Positions 8,348-19,913 of a stretch of 64,000 nucleotides of DNA are shown one piece after another. The notes under the pieces were generated by a model that saw nothing but the letters and a program-made list of their open reading frames with translations, was not told the origin of the DNA and made no database searches. The stretch covers positions 224,001 to 288,000 of the forward strand of contig CAXVYR010000002.1 of assembly GCA_963666975.2 (NCBI GenBank). The letters are read 5' to 3'. Numbering within the stretch: the first letter of the stretch is position 1; each line of letters opens with the position of its first letter. Both the position numbers and the translations under genes were made by a program. This DNA comes from Terriglobia bacterium. GTDB taxonomy: Bacteria; Acidobacteriota; Terriglobia; 2-12-FULL-54-10.

Positions 8348-8980
8348 ATGGAAACTGAGATTAAGATTTCAGCACAAACAGTAAAGCAGCTTCGCGAGCG
8401 GACCGGCGCACCCTGGGCGGACTGCAAGGCGGCGCTCACCGAGTCCAAAGGAGACCTGGACGGAGCAGAGGTGGTCCTGCGCAAGAAGGGTCTCGCCGCG
8501 GCGAAGAAAAAGGCGGGACGCACCACGCTGGAGGGGTTGGTCGGCTCCTACATTCACGCCGGCGCAAAGATCGGCGTGCTGGTGGAGTTGAACTGTGAAA
8601 GCGACTTTGTAGCCCGCACGGCAGAGTTTCAGCAACTGGCCCATGATATCGCCATGCACATCGCCGCCTCGGACCCGCGTTACATTCGCAAAGAGGAAGT
8701 GACGCCGGAGATCCTGGAAAAAGAAAAAGAAATTTACCGGGCGCAGGCATTGGCATCCGGCAAACCGGAGAAAGTGCTGGACCGCATTGTGCAAGGCAAA
8801 ATGGAAAAGTTTTATGAGGAGGTTTGCCTCTTGGAACAACACTTTATCAAGGACCCGGGGCAGACCGTAAACCAGGTCATCGCCTCCGGCATCGGAAAGC
8901 TCGGGGAAAACATCAGCGTGCAGCGCTTTGTCCGTTTCAAGGTTGGTGATAGTACGGAGAGCACCTCCAAAGCGAGCTAA
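8348..8980 (+). CDS. tsf: Elongation factor Ts (short form)
   Basis: [34 protein letters not shown]. Confidence 0.97.
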   Translation: METEIKISAQTVKQLRERTGAPWADCKAALTESKGDLDGAEVVLRKKGLAAAKKKAGRTTLEGLVGSYIHAGAKIGVLVELNCESDFVARTAEFQQLAHDIAMHIAASDPRYIRKEEVTPEILEKEKEIYRAQALASGKPEKVLDRIVQGKMEKFYEEVCLLEQHFIKDPGQTVNQVIASGIGKLGENISVQRFVRFKVGDSTESTSKAS

Positions 8981-8993
8981 CGTTCCGTCCTCC

Positions 8994-9713
8994 ATGTCCT
9001 CCAAGCCCATTTTCAATCGTGTGTTGCTGAAGCTGAGCGGAGAGGCTCTGGCAGGCGCCTCCGGATTCGGCGTCGCTGCGGTTCGCTTTCAGGAAATCGC
9101 GCAGCAGATCCGCGAGGTCAGCCGACTGGGCGTGCAAACGGCGCTGGTCATCGGAGGAGGGAACATCTTCCGGGGATATGCCGATGCGGCCAAGGAAATG
9201 GACCGGGTGGCCGCGGATCACATGGGGATGCTGGCAACCCTGATCAACGCCATCGCTTTGCAGGATGCGCTGGAGAAGCAAGCGGTTCAGACGCGAGTAA
9301 TGACCGCCATGGCGATGCATCAGGTGGCGGAGCCTTACATCCGGCGGCGCGCCCTCCGCCATCTGGAAAAGGGCCGCGTAGTGATCTTTGCCGCGGGCAC
9401 GGGGAATCCTTTTTTCTCTACCGATACGGCGGCTGCCTTGCGGGCGATGGAGATTCAGGCCGAGGTGATCCTGAAAGCCACCAAGGTGGACGGCATATAC
9501 GATGCCGACCCGGTCAAGGTCAAGGATGCCAAGATGTTTTCGAAAATCTCCTACCTGGAAATGATCTCGCAGAATTTGACGGTTATGGATTCCACGGCTC
9601 TTTCGCTGTGCCGCGACAACAGCCTGCCCACCATTGTCTTCAATCTCAATGATCCCCAAAACATCGTGCGAGTCATTCTAGGGGAAAAGGTGGGTTCGCT
9701 GGTAAGCGGCTGA
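8994..9713 (+). CDS. pyrH: Uridylate kinase
   Basis: [36 protein letters not shown]. Confidence 0.97.
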   Translation: MSSKPIFNRVLLKLSGEALAGASGFGVAAVRFQEIAQQIREVSRLGVQTALVIGGGNIFRGYADAAKEMDRVAADHMGMLATLINAIALQDALEKQAVQTRVMTAMAMHQVAEPYIRRRALRHLEKGRVVIFAAGTGNPFFSTDTAAALRAMEIQAEVILKATKVDGIYDADPVKVKDAKMFSKISYLEMISQNLTVMDSTALSLCRDNSLPTIVFNLNDPQNIVRVILGEKVGSLVSG

Positions 9714-9757
9714 TTCAGCTCCGGACGGGCCGGAAAAACCGGCTTGGGGAATGGCTC

Positions 9758-10315
9758 ATGACAAAAGATGTTCTTCAGGAGGCAAAGCGGCGAATAGAAA
9801 AGGTAAGCGAAGACTTGCGCGCGGAACTGGCTACCCTGCGCACGGGCCGCGCCTCCATTACCCTGCTCGATCATACGAAGGTGGATTATTACGGCACCCC
9901 GACGCCTATCAACCAATTGGCCACTCTTTCCGTGCCGGAACCCACCACAATTTTGGTGCAGGCCTGGGACCCGACGGTATTGCCCCAGATCGAAAAAGCC
10001 ATTCTCAGTTCCGACCTCGGGCTGAACCCGGCCAACGATGGGAAGGTGCTGCGCGTCCCCGTTCCTCCGCTGACCGAAGAGCGCCGGAAGGAACTCGTGA
10101 AACATCTGCACAAGGTGCTGGAGTCGCACCGCACGGCCGTGCGGAACTTGCGGCGCGATGCCAACGATGCCGTCAAAAAATTGCTCAAAGATAAAAAAAT
10201 CAGCGAGGATGATGAGCGGCACGCCCATGCGGAGGCGCAGAAAATAACCGACCAGTCGATTGCCAAGCTCGATGAGATGGGCAAGAACAAGGAAAAAGAG
10301 ATGTTAATGGTCTAG
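9758..10315 (+). CDS. frr: Ribosome recycling factor
   Basis: LRTGRAS, VDYYG, LGLNPANDG, PPLTEERRKEL. Confidence 0.97.
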   Translation: MTKDVLQEAKRRIEKVSEDLRAELATLRTGRASITLLDHTKVDYYGTPTPINQLATLSVPEPTTILVQAWDPTVLPQIEKAILSSDLGLNPANDGKVLRVPVPPLTEERRKELVKHLHKVLESHRTAVRNLRRDANDAVKKLLKDKKISEDDERHAHAEAQKITDQSIAKLDEMGKNKEKEMLMV

Positions 10316-10424
10316 CGATATCCCGCCGCCGTGCCGGCAAACCGGCCCCAGTACGGCACACAAGGTTCAGACAACATCTTTACTCTTCCCGCAAAGGCAT
10401 CACATCCGTTTTTTTATCCGCCCG

Positions 10425-11012
10425 CTAGAAATCCGTATTCATCCGAACCGGCGATTGCAAGGTGAACAGCACCAAAGATTCCGCCGGGATGCGGACTCGC
10501 TCCCTGCCGCGCACCGTCTGGGCAACTGTCCCGGCGGCGGCGCCGATTCCCGCGCCAATCACCGATCCTTTTTTTCCGCCGGAGATCGCTCCGATCACGC
10601 CTCCCAGCAATCCGCCGCCTCCTGCCACTTTAGCAGTTTCCTTTCCGCGCGAGGCGCCGTTTTCTTGATAGAAATTGGTCCGGACAGCAATGGATTGCCC
10701 TGCAAAATTCAAAGCGGTCAACTCCAGCGCCAGCTTGGGGCGCCCCTGGATATGGCCACCCTGCTCCACCACGGTCAGCCTGCCGATGGCCTCGGCTCCC
10801 TGGGGAATCACGATTCTTCCGTTTACCCTCAATGGGGAGTTCAGCGTAGCCCGGAACGTTTCGCCTACGTAGTCCGTCTTGGAGTCAATCGTATTCACCA
10901 TGCGCACGGCAATTGTCTCCCCTGCCGGGATAGTTACCGATGCCGCCTGGCTCGTCGCCACGGCAAAAAGCAATGCCAGCGCTATGCTCAAAATCTGTAT
11001 CTGGTTTTTCAT
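10425..11012 (-). CDS. Exported protein with beta-rich domain and glycine zipper
   Basis: Signal peptide; VTIPAGETIAVR..IDS, GGGGLLGGVIGAISGGKKG.IGAGIGAAAG. Confidence 0.75.
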   Translation of the reverse strand: MKNQIQILSIALALLFAVATSQAASVTIPAGETIAVRMVNTIDSKTDYVGETFRATLNSPLRVNGRIVIPQGAEAIGRLTVVEQGGHIQGRPKLALELTALNFAGQSIAVRTNFYQENGASRGKETAKVAGGGGLLGGVIGAISGGKKGSVIGAGIGAAAGTVAQTVRGRERVRIPAESLVLFTLQSPVRMNTDF

Positions 11013-11356
11013 CCGCGTCTCTCCCTTAATTTCAAGTTCCACATTTCACTGTTTCCACGCTCTCCCGGCAGCTTCCGTATTCTGATCCGAACAGGCTTTG
11101 CCTAGTTGCATCGCCGCATCGCTGCCACCGCTCCAGCATAACAAAGGAAAGAGGAATTCAATCCGGCGGAGTGGCGCTGGGAAAAAACATCGGAGGTTCC
11201 CGAAATGATTCATCTGAATCTGCCGAAAAGAAAGAGCGATGCATTTCCCTCGGGCACCGAACGGCCTCTCCGGCATGGAACCGGCTGGATGGATGGTGAT
11301 GATATAGTCTAGAATCTATGTGAGCATTACTTGACTAGAGAAAGCGAACCTCTGCA

Positions 11357-12757
11357 ATGCAATCCAAGCGGCAGATTGTCTATCTGGCAGGCGTCATGGG
11401 TGTCGTGTCCTTGGCTGTTGCATTCGGCATCTGGTGGAGCCGGCGGGGGGTGGAAACGGTTCAGACGATGCGCGTGGCGCGGCAGGACGTGACCTCTTTG
11501 GTGATGGCATCGGGTGAAATCAAACCTAAAAACTACGTTCACATCAGCGCGAACGCATTCGGGAAAATCGTATCTATCTCCGTCCGTGAAGGCGACCGGG
11601 TGCGACAAGGCCAGGAACTGGCGAGGCTGGAAGCAATCCAGTCGGAAGCGGAGGTGAGAGCGCAGCAAGCCCAGCTCTCTGCGGCAGAATCCGACGTTCA
11701 AAGCGCGGAAGCGTTCGAGCAATCCATGAAGGCTAATTTCGAGGCCGCCGGGGCTGAACTGGCTCGCGTGCAGGCTCAACTCGAACGATCCCAGCAAGAC
11801 TTTGTCCGGGCGCAATCCCTGCACGAGGAACAGTTGATCTCGCGGGCCAGCTTCGAGCAAGCCCAGGCGGATTACAAGGCGACGGTCGCCTCAGAACAGG
11901 CATCCGAAGCACGCCGCATGCACGCCCAGGCCCAATGGAAACAGACATCCACCCAGCGAACCATAGCGCAAGATCGCGTCCGGCAGGCCAGAGCGAACCT
12001 GGAGCGCCTCACCGACCAGCTCAGCAAACATACTTTCGTCTCGCCGCTCGACGGCGTAGTAACCGACCTGCCGGTGAGCGTGGGAGAAAATGTAGTGCTG
12101 GGCGTGCAAAATGCGCCGGGCAGTTTGCTGATGACGATTGCCGACCTTTCCGTGATCACGACGGAGGTGCTGGTGGATGAAACCGATATCGCCAGGATTG
12201 AGTTGGGGCTGGCAGCGAAGGTGGAGATTGACGCTTTTCCCGGCGAGCCTTTGGCAGGGGAGGTAACGGAAATCGGCAACACTGCTCTAGTCCGCTCTAC
12301 CGGCCTGGCCGCTGCGCAGAGCGCGCTTTCCAACCAGCAAGCCAAAGACATCAAGGTGGTCATTACATTGTCGAACCCGCGGTCCAACTTGCGCCCCGGT
12401 CTTTCGGCAACAGCCGAGATAACGACCGGCACTCGTGAGCAGACATTGGCCATTCCGCTGCAAGCTTTGACGATCCGCCTGCGGCGCGACCTGGGCGCGC
12501 AAAGCAGGGACAATGAAACCAGAACGGGCGCTGTGCAGACCGGAGCGGGCATGGAAGACGGCGAAGAGTTGGAGGGCGTCTTTGTGATCCGCGACAGGGA
12601 GGCTTTCTTTCAACCCGTGGCAACCGGCATCAGCGGCATCACTGACATTGAAGTGTTGAGCGGTCTCCAGGAAGACGATGAAATTGTCACGGGCAGCTAT
12701 GAAGCCCTGCGCACCTTGCAATCCGGCGCTCACGTGCTCATCGATAACGACAACTAA
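11357..12757 (+). CDS. Efflux periplasmic adaptor (MacA/HlyD-like)
   Basis: N-terminal TM, VREGDRVRQGQ, coiled coil, SPLDGVV, VDETDI, LRPGLSA. Confidence 0.92.
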   Translation: MQSKRQIVYLAGVMGVVSLAVAFGIWWSRRGVETVQTMRVARQDVTSLVMASGEIKPKNYVHISANAFGKIVSISVREGDRVRQGQELARLEAIQSEAEVRAQQAQLSAAESDVQSAEAFEQSMKANFEAAGAELARVQAQLERSQQDFVRAQSLHEEQLISRASFEQAQADYKATVASEQASEARRMHAQAQWKQTSTQRTIAQDRVRQARANLERLTDQLSKHTFVSPLDGVVTDLPVSVGENVVLGVQNAPGSLLMTIADLSVITTEVLVDETDIARIELGLAAKVEIDAFPGEPLAGEVTEIGNTALVRSTGLAAAQSALSNQQAKDIKVVITLSNPRSNLRPGLSATAEITTGTREQTLAIPLQALTIRLRRDLGAQSRDNETRTGAVQTGAGMEDGEELEGVFVIRDREAFFQPVATGISGITDIEVLSGLQEDDEIVTGSYEALRTLQSGAHVLIDNDN

Positions 12758-12788
12758 CGATACAAACACCAATTAGAGGAAACTCCGG

Positions 12789-13529
12789 ATGGCGGAAACC
12801 AGCAATCGGTTGCAAGGAACCGCTGCTCACCAGAGCGCGGCGAACGGGAAGCTCATCCGGACCGAGGACCTGTGGAAGACCTACCTGATGGGTTCGGAGC
12901 AAATCCACGCCTTGCGCGGTGTCAGCCTGGAAATCGAGCGCAACGAATATGCCGCCATCATGGGGCCGTCCGGTTCGGGAAAGTCCACCTTGATGAATCT
13001 GATCGGCTGTCTGGACACCCCCACGCGGGGCAGCTATTGGATCAACGGAAAACTGGCGAGCGATCTCGATGACGATCAATTGGCTTATCTGCGAAACCGG
13101 GAGATCGGCTTCGTTTTCCAAACTTTCAATCTTCTGCCGCGGGCGACGGCGCTCGGCAACGTGGAGTTGCCGCTGGTTTACAGGGGCCTTCCGGCAGCCG
13201 AACGCCGCGAAAAAGCCCAAAACGCTTTGCGGATGGTCGAGCTGGCAGACCGCATGGACCACCGGCCCAGCGAACTCTCCGGCGGCCAGCGGCAGCGCGT
13301 GGCCATCGCGCGAGCTTTGGTGAACTCGCCCTCCATCGTGCTGGCCGATGAGCCTACCGGCAACCTGGATTCCGCCACCGGCACCGAGATTATGAATCTT
13401 TTTGAGCGTCTCAACCGGGAGGGTCACACGCTGCTGGTGGTCACGCACGAGCAGTGTGTTGCGGCCTATGCGCGCCGCATCATCCATATCCGGGACGGCA
13501 CGGTGGAGCGGGATGAACGTATCCGTTAG
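12789..13529 (+). CDS. ABC transporter ATP-binding protein (MacB/LolD-like)
   Basis: [27 protein letters not shown]. Confidence 0.95.
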   Translation: MAETSNRLQGTAAHQSAANGKLIRTEDLWKTYLMGSEQIHALRGVSLEIERNEYAAIMGPSGSGKSTLMNLIGCLDTPTRGSYWINGKLASDLDDDQLAYLRNREIGFVFQTFNLLPRATALGNVELPLVYRGLPAAERREKAQNALRMVELADRMDHRPSELSGGQRQRVAIARALVNSPSIVLADEPTGNLDSATGTEIMNLFERLNREGHTLLVVTHEQCVAAYARRIIHIRDGTVERDERIR

Positions 13530-13632
13530 CGGCCGGCGGCAAAAGCACCGGAAGCCTGAAATTGCCGGAGAAGACGAGGAACCGGAGCCTCCCGGCACAG
13601 GGTTCGACTGTTTGGATTTTCAAGGTTGAAAA

Positions 13633-14853
13633 ATGTCTATTGCTGATTCCTTCCGGCTGGCGATCCATACCTTGCTGGCTCACAAACTCCGGTCTTTCCT
13701 GACGCTGCTCGGCATCTTGATCTCCGTCACAACGCTGGTCACCGTTGTCTCGATTGTCCGCGGCATGGACCAATTCGTCGCCGAGCGTCTCTCGCAGCTT
13801 GGCACCGAAGTTTTTGTCATCTCCCGGTTCGGCATCATCACGAATTCAAAGCAATGGGCGGAGGCGCAGAAGCGTCCCAGGTTAACCCTGCAGGACTACG
13901 AGGCCTTGCGCCGGGGAGTAACGCAAGCCACCCATGTAGGAGCCATTGTGCGGGAGCGGGGTGAGTTGAAACACGGCAGGCAATCCCTCCGAGCCTCCGT
14001 TCGGGGTGTGACGGCCAATATGATTGACATCCGCACCGAAGAGCTTGCCTCCGGCCGCTACATCAGCGAGGCCGATTACCGCCATCGCAAGCGGGTTTGC
14101 GTCATTGGCGCAGACGTCTTAATAAATTTATACCCGAGCGGAAACGCTGTTGGAAAATTACTTTCCATCCGAGGGCAAAGATTTCAGGTCGTCGGGGTGG
14201 CCCAGCCCGTGGGCTCCATCTTTGGGCAGTCGCAGGACAATTTCGTTTATATCCCTTTGACGACAGCGCTGAAGCTCTACGGACAGCGGCGAAGTATCGG
14301 CTTCCAGATTCGGGTCCGCGAAGCTGCTCTTCTGCCTCCGGCCGCCGACCAGGCGCGGCTCATCCTGCGGGCACGCCACCATCTGGGCTATTTCGACAAG
14401 GATGATTTCGGGTTAATTAGCCCGGCCGCGGTTATGGAGCTCTGGCAAAGTCTGACGGGAACCATTGCGCGGGCGGCTGTGGTCGTCACGATCATTTTTG
14501 TTGTGATGGGCGGAATCGTGATTATGAACATCATGCTGGCGTCTCTCGCGGAGCGCACCTGGGAGATCGGCATGCGCAAGGCGGTGGGCGCGACAAGAGC
14601 GGACGTGCGAATGCAATTTCTTATGGAAGCGGCCTGTTTATCCATACTCGGAGGCGTGCTGGGTGTCGCTCTGGCTTTTGCGGGCACCAGGCTGGTCGCT
14701 TTGCTGAGCCCCGTCCCGGCTCCATTTTCTCTGGATATCGTGGTCGCTGCCCTTGCCGTTTCGGGCGCGGTTGGACTGTTTTTTGGCATCTATCCAGCCG
14801 CCCGTGCCGCCCGCCTGGACCCGATCACCGCTCTGCGGTCCGAGAGCGGTTAG
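13633..14853 (+). CDS. ABC permease (MacB/FtsX family)
   Basis: RSFLTLLGI, IMNIMLASLAERTWEIGMRKAVGA, LDPITALR. Confidence 0.93.
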   Translation: MSIADSFRLAIHTLLAHKLRSFLTLLGILISVTTLVTVVSIVRGMDQFVAERLSQLGTEVFVISRFGIITNSKQWAEAQKRPRLTLQDYEALRRGVTQATHVGAIVRERGELKHGRQSLRASVRGVTANMIDIRTEELASGRYISEADYRHRKRVCVIGADVLINLYPSGNAVGKLLSIRGQRFQVVGVAQPVGSIFGQSQDNFVYIPLTTALKLYGQRRSIGFQIRVREAALLPPAADQARLILRARHHLGYFDKDDFGLISPAAVMELWQSLTGTIARAAVVVTIIFVVMGGIVIMNIMLASLAERTWEIGMRKAVGATRADVRMQFLMEAACLSILGGVLGVALAFAGTRLVALLSPVPAPFSLDIVVAALAVSGAVGLFFGIYPAARAARLDPITALRSESG

Positions 14854-14920
14854 AACCGTGAATCCCCTTCCCCGGAAGGTTGCATGACGGTTTCCGGATG
14901 AGGGGATCGGTGAAGCAAGC

Positions 14921-16156
14921 ATGGTCGCATTTCGTGAAAATCTGAAGCTCGCATTCGGCACACTTGCCACGCACCGCCTGCGTTCGGCACTGGCCATTCT
15001 GGGTGTGGTAGTAGGTACCGCCATCGTCATGGCGATCGGGGCGATTCTGACCGGCCTGGACCGGAGCGTGGTGGCGCTGCTGGAGCGTTTTGGGACCAAT
15101 ACGATTTTTGTCTCCAAGCTATCCCCCGGCGTAGAACTCGGCCACCGTAGCCGCGAACAACGCTTGCGGAAGCCGCTGACCCTGGAAGATGCGGAGGCGA
15201 TTGAGGCATCTTCTACTGCTGCTGTGCGCGTGGCCGCTCAAATCTTTACCGAAGACATAGTCGATGTGCGGTACCAGGGCGAGGAGGTTTCCGCCACGCA
15301 CTTTTTCGGCGGCGGACCGGACTATGCCCGCGTGACCAATATGAACCTGAAGGAAGGCCGCTTCTTTACCGAGAGCGAGAACCGGCATCACCTCCGCCTG
15401 GCGATGATTGGCTATGAGATTGATCAGGCGTTGTTCCCGAACGAGAGCGCGCTGGAAAAAACCATCGACGTCGGCGGCAGGCCGTTTCGGATCGTGGGGG
15501 TGTTTGACCGCCGTAAGGGAAACTTCTTTGGAAGCGAATCGCACGATCAATACGTGCTGGTGCCCTACTACACCTTCCGCAAGTTTTATCCGGCGATCCG
15601 CGAACATTATTTTCTGGTGGAGGCTCGCCCAAAACAGCTGGACCAGGCCGTGGATCAGATTCGCGGATTGTTGCGGAGGCGGCGACACGATGGCTTGAAC
15701 CAGCCGGACAGCTTTTATGTATCCACAGCGGAGTCCATCATCGACCAGTTCCACAAAATCACCGCCGCCGTAACGACGGTGATGATGCTGATCAGTTCAA
15801 TCGGCTTGCTTGTGGGCGGCGTGGGCGTGATGAATATCATGCTGGTTTCCGTCACCGAACGGACACGGGAGATCGGCATCCGCAAGGCCGTAGGAGCGCG
15901 GCGGCGGGACATTGTCCAACAATTCCTGTTCGAGGCTGTTACCCTGACCGGATTAGGAGGATTGCTCGGCCTGCTGCTCGGCCTGAGCCTGGGATGGTTC
16001 CTGCGGTGGGTCTATCCTTCGATCCCCTCGGAGGTTCCGCTCTGGGCGATGGCATCCGGGCTTGCGGTTTCGCTCGCCGTAGGATTGTTCTTCGGCCTTT
16101 GGCCGGCTATCAAAGCCTCCCGCCTGGAACCGATTGAGGCCCTGCACTACGAATGA
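14921..16156 (+). CDS. ABC permease (MacB/FtsX family)
   Basis: GVMNIMLVSVTERTREIGIRKAVGA, LEPIEALHYE. Confidence 0.93.
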   Translation: MVAFRENLKLAFGTLATHRLRSALAILGVVVGTAIVMAIGAILTGLDRSVVALLERFGTNTIFVSKLSPGVELGHRSREQRLRKPLTLEDAEAIEASSTAAVRVAAQIFTEDIVDVRYQGEEVSATHFFGGGPDYARVTNMNLKEGRFFTESENRHHLRLAMIGYEIDQALFPNESALEKTIDVGGRPFRIVGVFDRRKGNFFGSESHDQYVLVPYYTFRKFYPAIREHYFLVEARPKQLDQAVDQIRGLLRRRRHDGLNQPDSFYVSTAESIIDQFHKITAAVTTVMMLISSIGLLVGGVGVMNIMLVSVTERTREIGIRKAVGARRRDIVQQFLFEAVTLTGLGGLLGLLLGLSLGWFLRWVYPSIPSEVPLWAMASGLAVSLAVGLFFGLWPAIKASRLEPIEALHYE

Positions 16157-16258
16157 ATCTTTCCGCTGCCTATGCGACCCGGAGCCAGCCGAAAGGCTTG
16201 ACCTGACGCCGGAGAATCCAGTAGCATAAATTCACGGTACAGGCAGGAAGCCTCCGGA

Positions 16259-16333
16259 GGCGCTATCGTCTAGGGGTTAGGACGTGAGATTCTCATTCTC
16301 AAAACCCGGGTTCGATTCCCGGTAGCGCTACCA
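16259..16333 (+). tRNA. tRNA-Glu(CUC)
   Basis: GGCGCTA...TGAGA TT CTC AT TCTCA...CCGGG TTCGATT CCCGG TAGCGCT A CCA; TTGACC-18-TAGCAT promoter upstream. Confidence 0.95.
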
Positions 16334-16397
16334 TCCACACACTGCTGCTGAGCTCTATCTAAAACACTTTCCCTGATTGACAATTTGCGGCGTATTA

Positions 16398-17407
16398 GAC
16401 CATTTTTATAGATAGTGTATAGTGGTGACTGGCGATACACTGCGAACAAGAATCAATGGCGAAGGCGTATTCGAACGATCTGCGGCGGAAGCTGCTGGAG
16501 GCGTACGATCGGGGGGAGGGGAGTCTTCGGGAAGTGGCGGAGCGGTTCGGGGTGAGTAGTCCGTATGCGTGGAAGATCTCGGCGCAGCGCAAGCGAACGG
16601 GGCAGGTCGAGCGGGTGGAACAACGGCATGGGCCAGAGAGCAAAGTGACGGCTGGGGTGGAACGGCAGTTGATATCCTGGGTGCGGCAGCAACCCGAGTT
16701 GACGTTGGCGGAGTTACAGGAGCGACTCTGGGAAACGGCGCAGCTGCCGGTCAGCCTGACACGGCTGTGGCAGGTGCTGCGGCTCAAAAAAAGTCGCTCC
16801 ATGCCCAGGAACAGGAGACCCCGGAAAATCAACAGCGGCGGGCGGCGTGGTGGGAGACGCTGAGGGGGATAGATCCGGCCCAGTTGGTCTTTGTGGATGA
16901 GAGCGGAGCAACGACGGGAATGACGCGCCGCTATGGGCGGGCACCGTCTGGAGAGCGGGTGCGGGAGGCGGCCCCGGCCGGGCACTGGAGCACGCTCACC
17001 CTGCTGGGGGCCATGAGCGCGGAGGGAATCCTGGCCAGCATGACGGTCGAGTCCCCCACCGACGGGGATGTCTTCCTGGCTTATCTGGACCACGTCCTCT
17101 GCCCCCAGCTGAGTCCCGGACAGGTGGTAGTGATGGACAATCTGTCGGCCCACAAAGTGGACGGCGTTCGCGAGCGGATCGAAGCAGCCGGGGCTAGATT
17201 GCTGTATCTGCCGCCTGACTCGCCCGACTTCAATCCGATTGAGAAAGCCTGGTCGAAAATCAAACAGCATCTGCGCAAGGCCAAGGCTCGCACCTTGGAA
17301 CGGCTCGAAGACACCGTCGCTCAATCCCTGGCGACCGTCACTTCACAGGATGCAACCGCCTGGTTCCGCCACTGTGGATATGCTATACACTAACTGTGAA
17401 AACGGTC
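16398..17407 (+). mobile_element. IS630-family insertion sequence
   Basis: Imperfect 25-bp IRs (GACCATTTTTATAGATAGTGTATAG vs GACCGTTTTCACAGTTAGTGTATAG); TA on both flanks. Confidence 0.9.
16456..17393 (+). CDS. IS630 transposase, two frames joined by a probable -1 frameshift at CTCAAAAAAAG (~16783-16793); possibly decayed
   Basis: AYSNDLRRK HTH; VFVDESG, VVMDNLSAHK, LPPDSPDFNPIE (usually PYSP). Confidence 0.85.
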
Positions 17408-17664
17408 TAGTGTTATGCTGATTCCACCAACAGTTAATTGCGGAAGCACCATAGTGACTGTAGTGGGTATAGTGGGAGGGTATACCCTGGAGGACCCAGG
17501 CCAAGTCGCCTTCGGCCCTTCCTCTCATACCCCCTCACAAGTCACTACACCCACTACAGAGTCTGCGGAGACGAGGCTTTCAAATTGCTAGATCGCTTGT
17601 CCCGGCGGATGCCTATTTGTCAGATGGCCTACCCCACGACGGAAGCGGCAACTCGGCGCATCTT

Positions 17665-19533
17665 TTACCATTGAGCCGCCGGGCCACCAAGCTCTACCTG
17701 AGACCCCACCGGTTGCATTCCCCATTTCCTGGCCAGCGAAGGAACCAAGTGCCTCACTTTGCCCCCAACCACGGTCATCAGAACCCTTATGTTCTCAATG
17801 TCGTCTTCCGGGATTGTTAGGTAGTCTCGATCCAGCACCAGGAAATCGGCAAACTTGCCTGGCTCCAGAGCACCTAGCTTGTCTTCTTTCATTAAATAGT
17901 ACGCCCCCCAAGTAGTCGCACTCTTTAGAGCCAACTCCCGGCTGATCCGTTGATTCGGCGCATAGACCCTGTCGTTTTCCTGCGGCACCTTTCGATCCAC
18001 GAATCGAGCCAGAGTCCAAAAGACGGTCAGCGACGTTGTTGCCAAGGGCCGGTCGATCTCGAAACCGGTGGGAACCTGGGCATCAATTAGTGATTTTTTC
18101 GGCACAGTCCACTGGACAGCCTCTTCACCGAAGGTTTTGAATATCCTGGGAGCATTTTGCATATAGAAGAAAGGAGCGCCGCCGACAGCCATCCCCAGTC
18201 TCTTGATCCGTCCTATCTGATCCGGCCGCGGGGACATGGTCAGGTGGTCCCAGGCATGCCTCTTCGCCCGGATTTGTTCTGGTGTGAAGCCCGCTTCTCT
18301 GCTCCCTCTTTCAATCGCTTCCATTAGATAATCGACATCCAGATCTCCACCCATATGCATCGCCGCAATGCGGCCTCCGGCCTTAACGAACTCAACGAGT
18401 CGCCGGAAATGCTGATCGCTTGGATCAAATGAACAACTGTTGGATCCGGCGGCCACTTCGACTCGAGGCTGCGCCGTGGTACAACCGCTGCCCACTCTTT
18501 CCACTCCCCATCCTCCGGCGTTCCAGAAGTAATCGTTGCCTGTGCCTTCCAACAAAACGATTGTGTTGAATATGTAAGGGTCAGCGTCGAAAAACGTTTC
18601 ACGCCAACCCCAGGTCCACGCATTCCGCACGGGCATCTCTCCGCTTTTCGACAAGTCGCTATACACCTTCAGATTGGAGGGAGTGTAAGCCCTCGATCCG
18701 AATGCACTGACTCCCAAGCTTGCCCACCAACTCAGCTCGATGCGATGAATCTCCTTCAGTTCCTTGTAGTGGTCCTTCATCACCACTTCGTGGAATACCC
18801 AGTCCATGGCGCCGCGAACGCTCCCGCCGCGCCGTCCAGTTTCACTATCCAACAGCATGTCTTGCTGTGGGAATACCTTTGCGATTTCCTCCTCTCCTCT
18901 TTCATTCGCCAAAGCCCCCGTGAACACAGTTCTATGGAAGACCGGATTGTTGGGAGCGAGTCGGTCCAGCAATTCCTTCGGAATCATTTCTCCGTCCAAT
19001 ATATTTCCGTATCTCTCCCGGTCGAGCCCATATTCGTACTTGTCGCCAAGAGAATGAGCGAAGAAGATCCATTGCCCTGGCTTCGCCTTGCTGACTGCCT
19101 CCCGCAACACTCCCGGAAACGCTTGTGCCTGTTCCTGTGGGCTCCCCGTCATATACCGGGCTACAATCTTGTCATCCGTCAGTACCTTCTTCAATGCATA
19201 CGGATTCTGTGGCGCCCAGTCATATGGGTGATCATGCACTACAATCAGCCCCGGTACGACTGTCCGGCCTTCCAAATCTATCTGTTTAGTATTCGGTCCC
19301 GCTTGCCCGCGAATCTGGGCGTTGGTCCCCACTGCCACAACATTGTCATCCCGAATGGCCATCGCTTGGGCTACCGTTCCTACGTTCGAGGTGAAGCTCT
19401 TATCACTCATCGTCACGATCTTCCCGTTGTATACGATCATCTCTGGGGTTGCTTGCTGAGCCTGTCCTACGTTAACCGCCAGGAAGCTCCACGCCACAAG
19501 GAATGCCGACACACTACTCCATCTATTTTGCAT
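17665..19533 (-). CDS. Secreted amidohydrolase-3 (YtcJ-like) family protein
   Basis: Signal peptide; NGKIVT, IDLEGRTVVPG..HDH, GALEPGKFADFLVLDRDYL, VLMTVVGGK. Confidence 0.88.
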   Translation of the reverse strand: MQNRWSSVSAFLVAWSFLAVNVGQAQQATPEMIVYNGKIVTMSDKSFTSNVGTVAQAMAIRDDNVVAVGTNAQIRGQAGPNTKQIDLEGRTVVPGLIVVHDHPYDWAPQNPYALKKVLTDDKIVARYMTGSPQEQAQAFPGVLREAVSKAKPGQWIFFAHSLGDKYEYGLDRERYGNILDGEMIPKELLDRLAPNNPVFHRTVFTGALANERGEEEIAKVFPQQDMLLDSETGRRGGSVRGAMDWVFHEVVMKDHYKELKEIHRIELSWWASLGVSAFGSRAYTPSNLKVYSDLSKSGEMPVRNAWTWGWRETFFDADPYIFNTIVLLEGTGNDYFWNAGGWGVERVGSGCTTAQPRVEVAAGSNSCSFDPSDQHFRRLVEFVKAGGRIAAMHMGGDLDVDYLMEAIERGSREAGFTPEQIRAKRHAWDHLTMSPRPDQIGRIKRLGMAVGGAPFFYMQNAPRIFKTFGEEAVQWTVPKKSLIDAQVPTGFEIDRPLATTSLTVFWTLARFVDRKVPQENDRVYAPNQRISRELALKSATTWGAYYLMKEDKLGALEPGKFADFLVLDRDYLTIPEDDIENIRVLMTVVGGKVRHLVPSLARKWGMQPVGSQVELGGPAAQW

Positions 19534-19779
19534 GGTCTTTTCCTCCGCCTAAAAAACAGCCTTCCTCTGGTAAGTTCCTCGCCGGGAACCTACGGCAGGG
19601 AGGGAAAAGGGTGACTAAAACGAAATTAATTTCTTAGCCTCCCGGTAGCCACGAGGATATACCCGTTTGCCCCCAGTCGAGCCCCCGAGCACAATTGTTT
19701 CTCCGAGATGTTCCCATTAGCTCCCAACCGCCCCTTTCCGGGTCCTGAAAGCCTGTCGCCTTGGCTTCCAGAACCAGCT

Positions 19780-19913
19780 TTTTCAGACACCTCTTCAGTC
19801 CATCTATCTGCCTCAGCATGCTGGCAAATAAACGTCTCGTCAAATGGCTCTCCGCCAGCAATAGCCAATAATACCGGGCCTGTTTTCACCAGCCGCTGCT
19901 GCAGGCTCGTCAA
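19780..19913 (-). pseudogene. C-terminal remnant of an IS1380-like transposase
   Basis: Two frames give TSLQQRLVKTG / RYYWLLLAESHLTRRLFASMLRQI, resembling IS1380 C-termini as I recall them; internal deletion. Confidence 0.55.

Noticed and set aside
19638-19652. attR copy of the tRNA-Glu 3' end (TCCCGGTAGC)
   Set aside because: Only ~10 bp match, lacks the ...GCTACCA end; expected by chance
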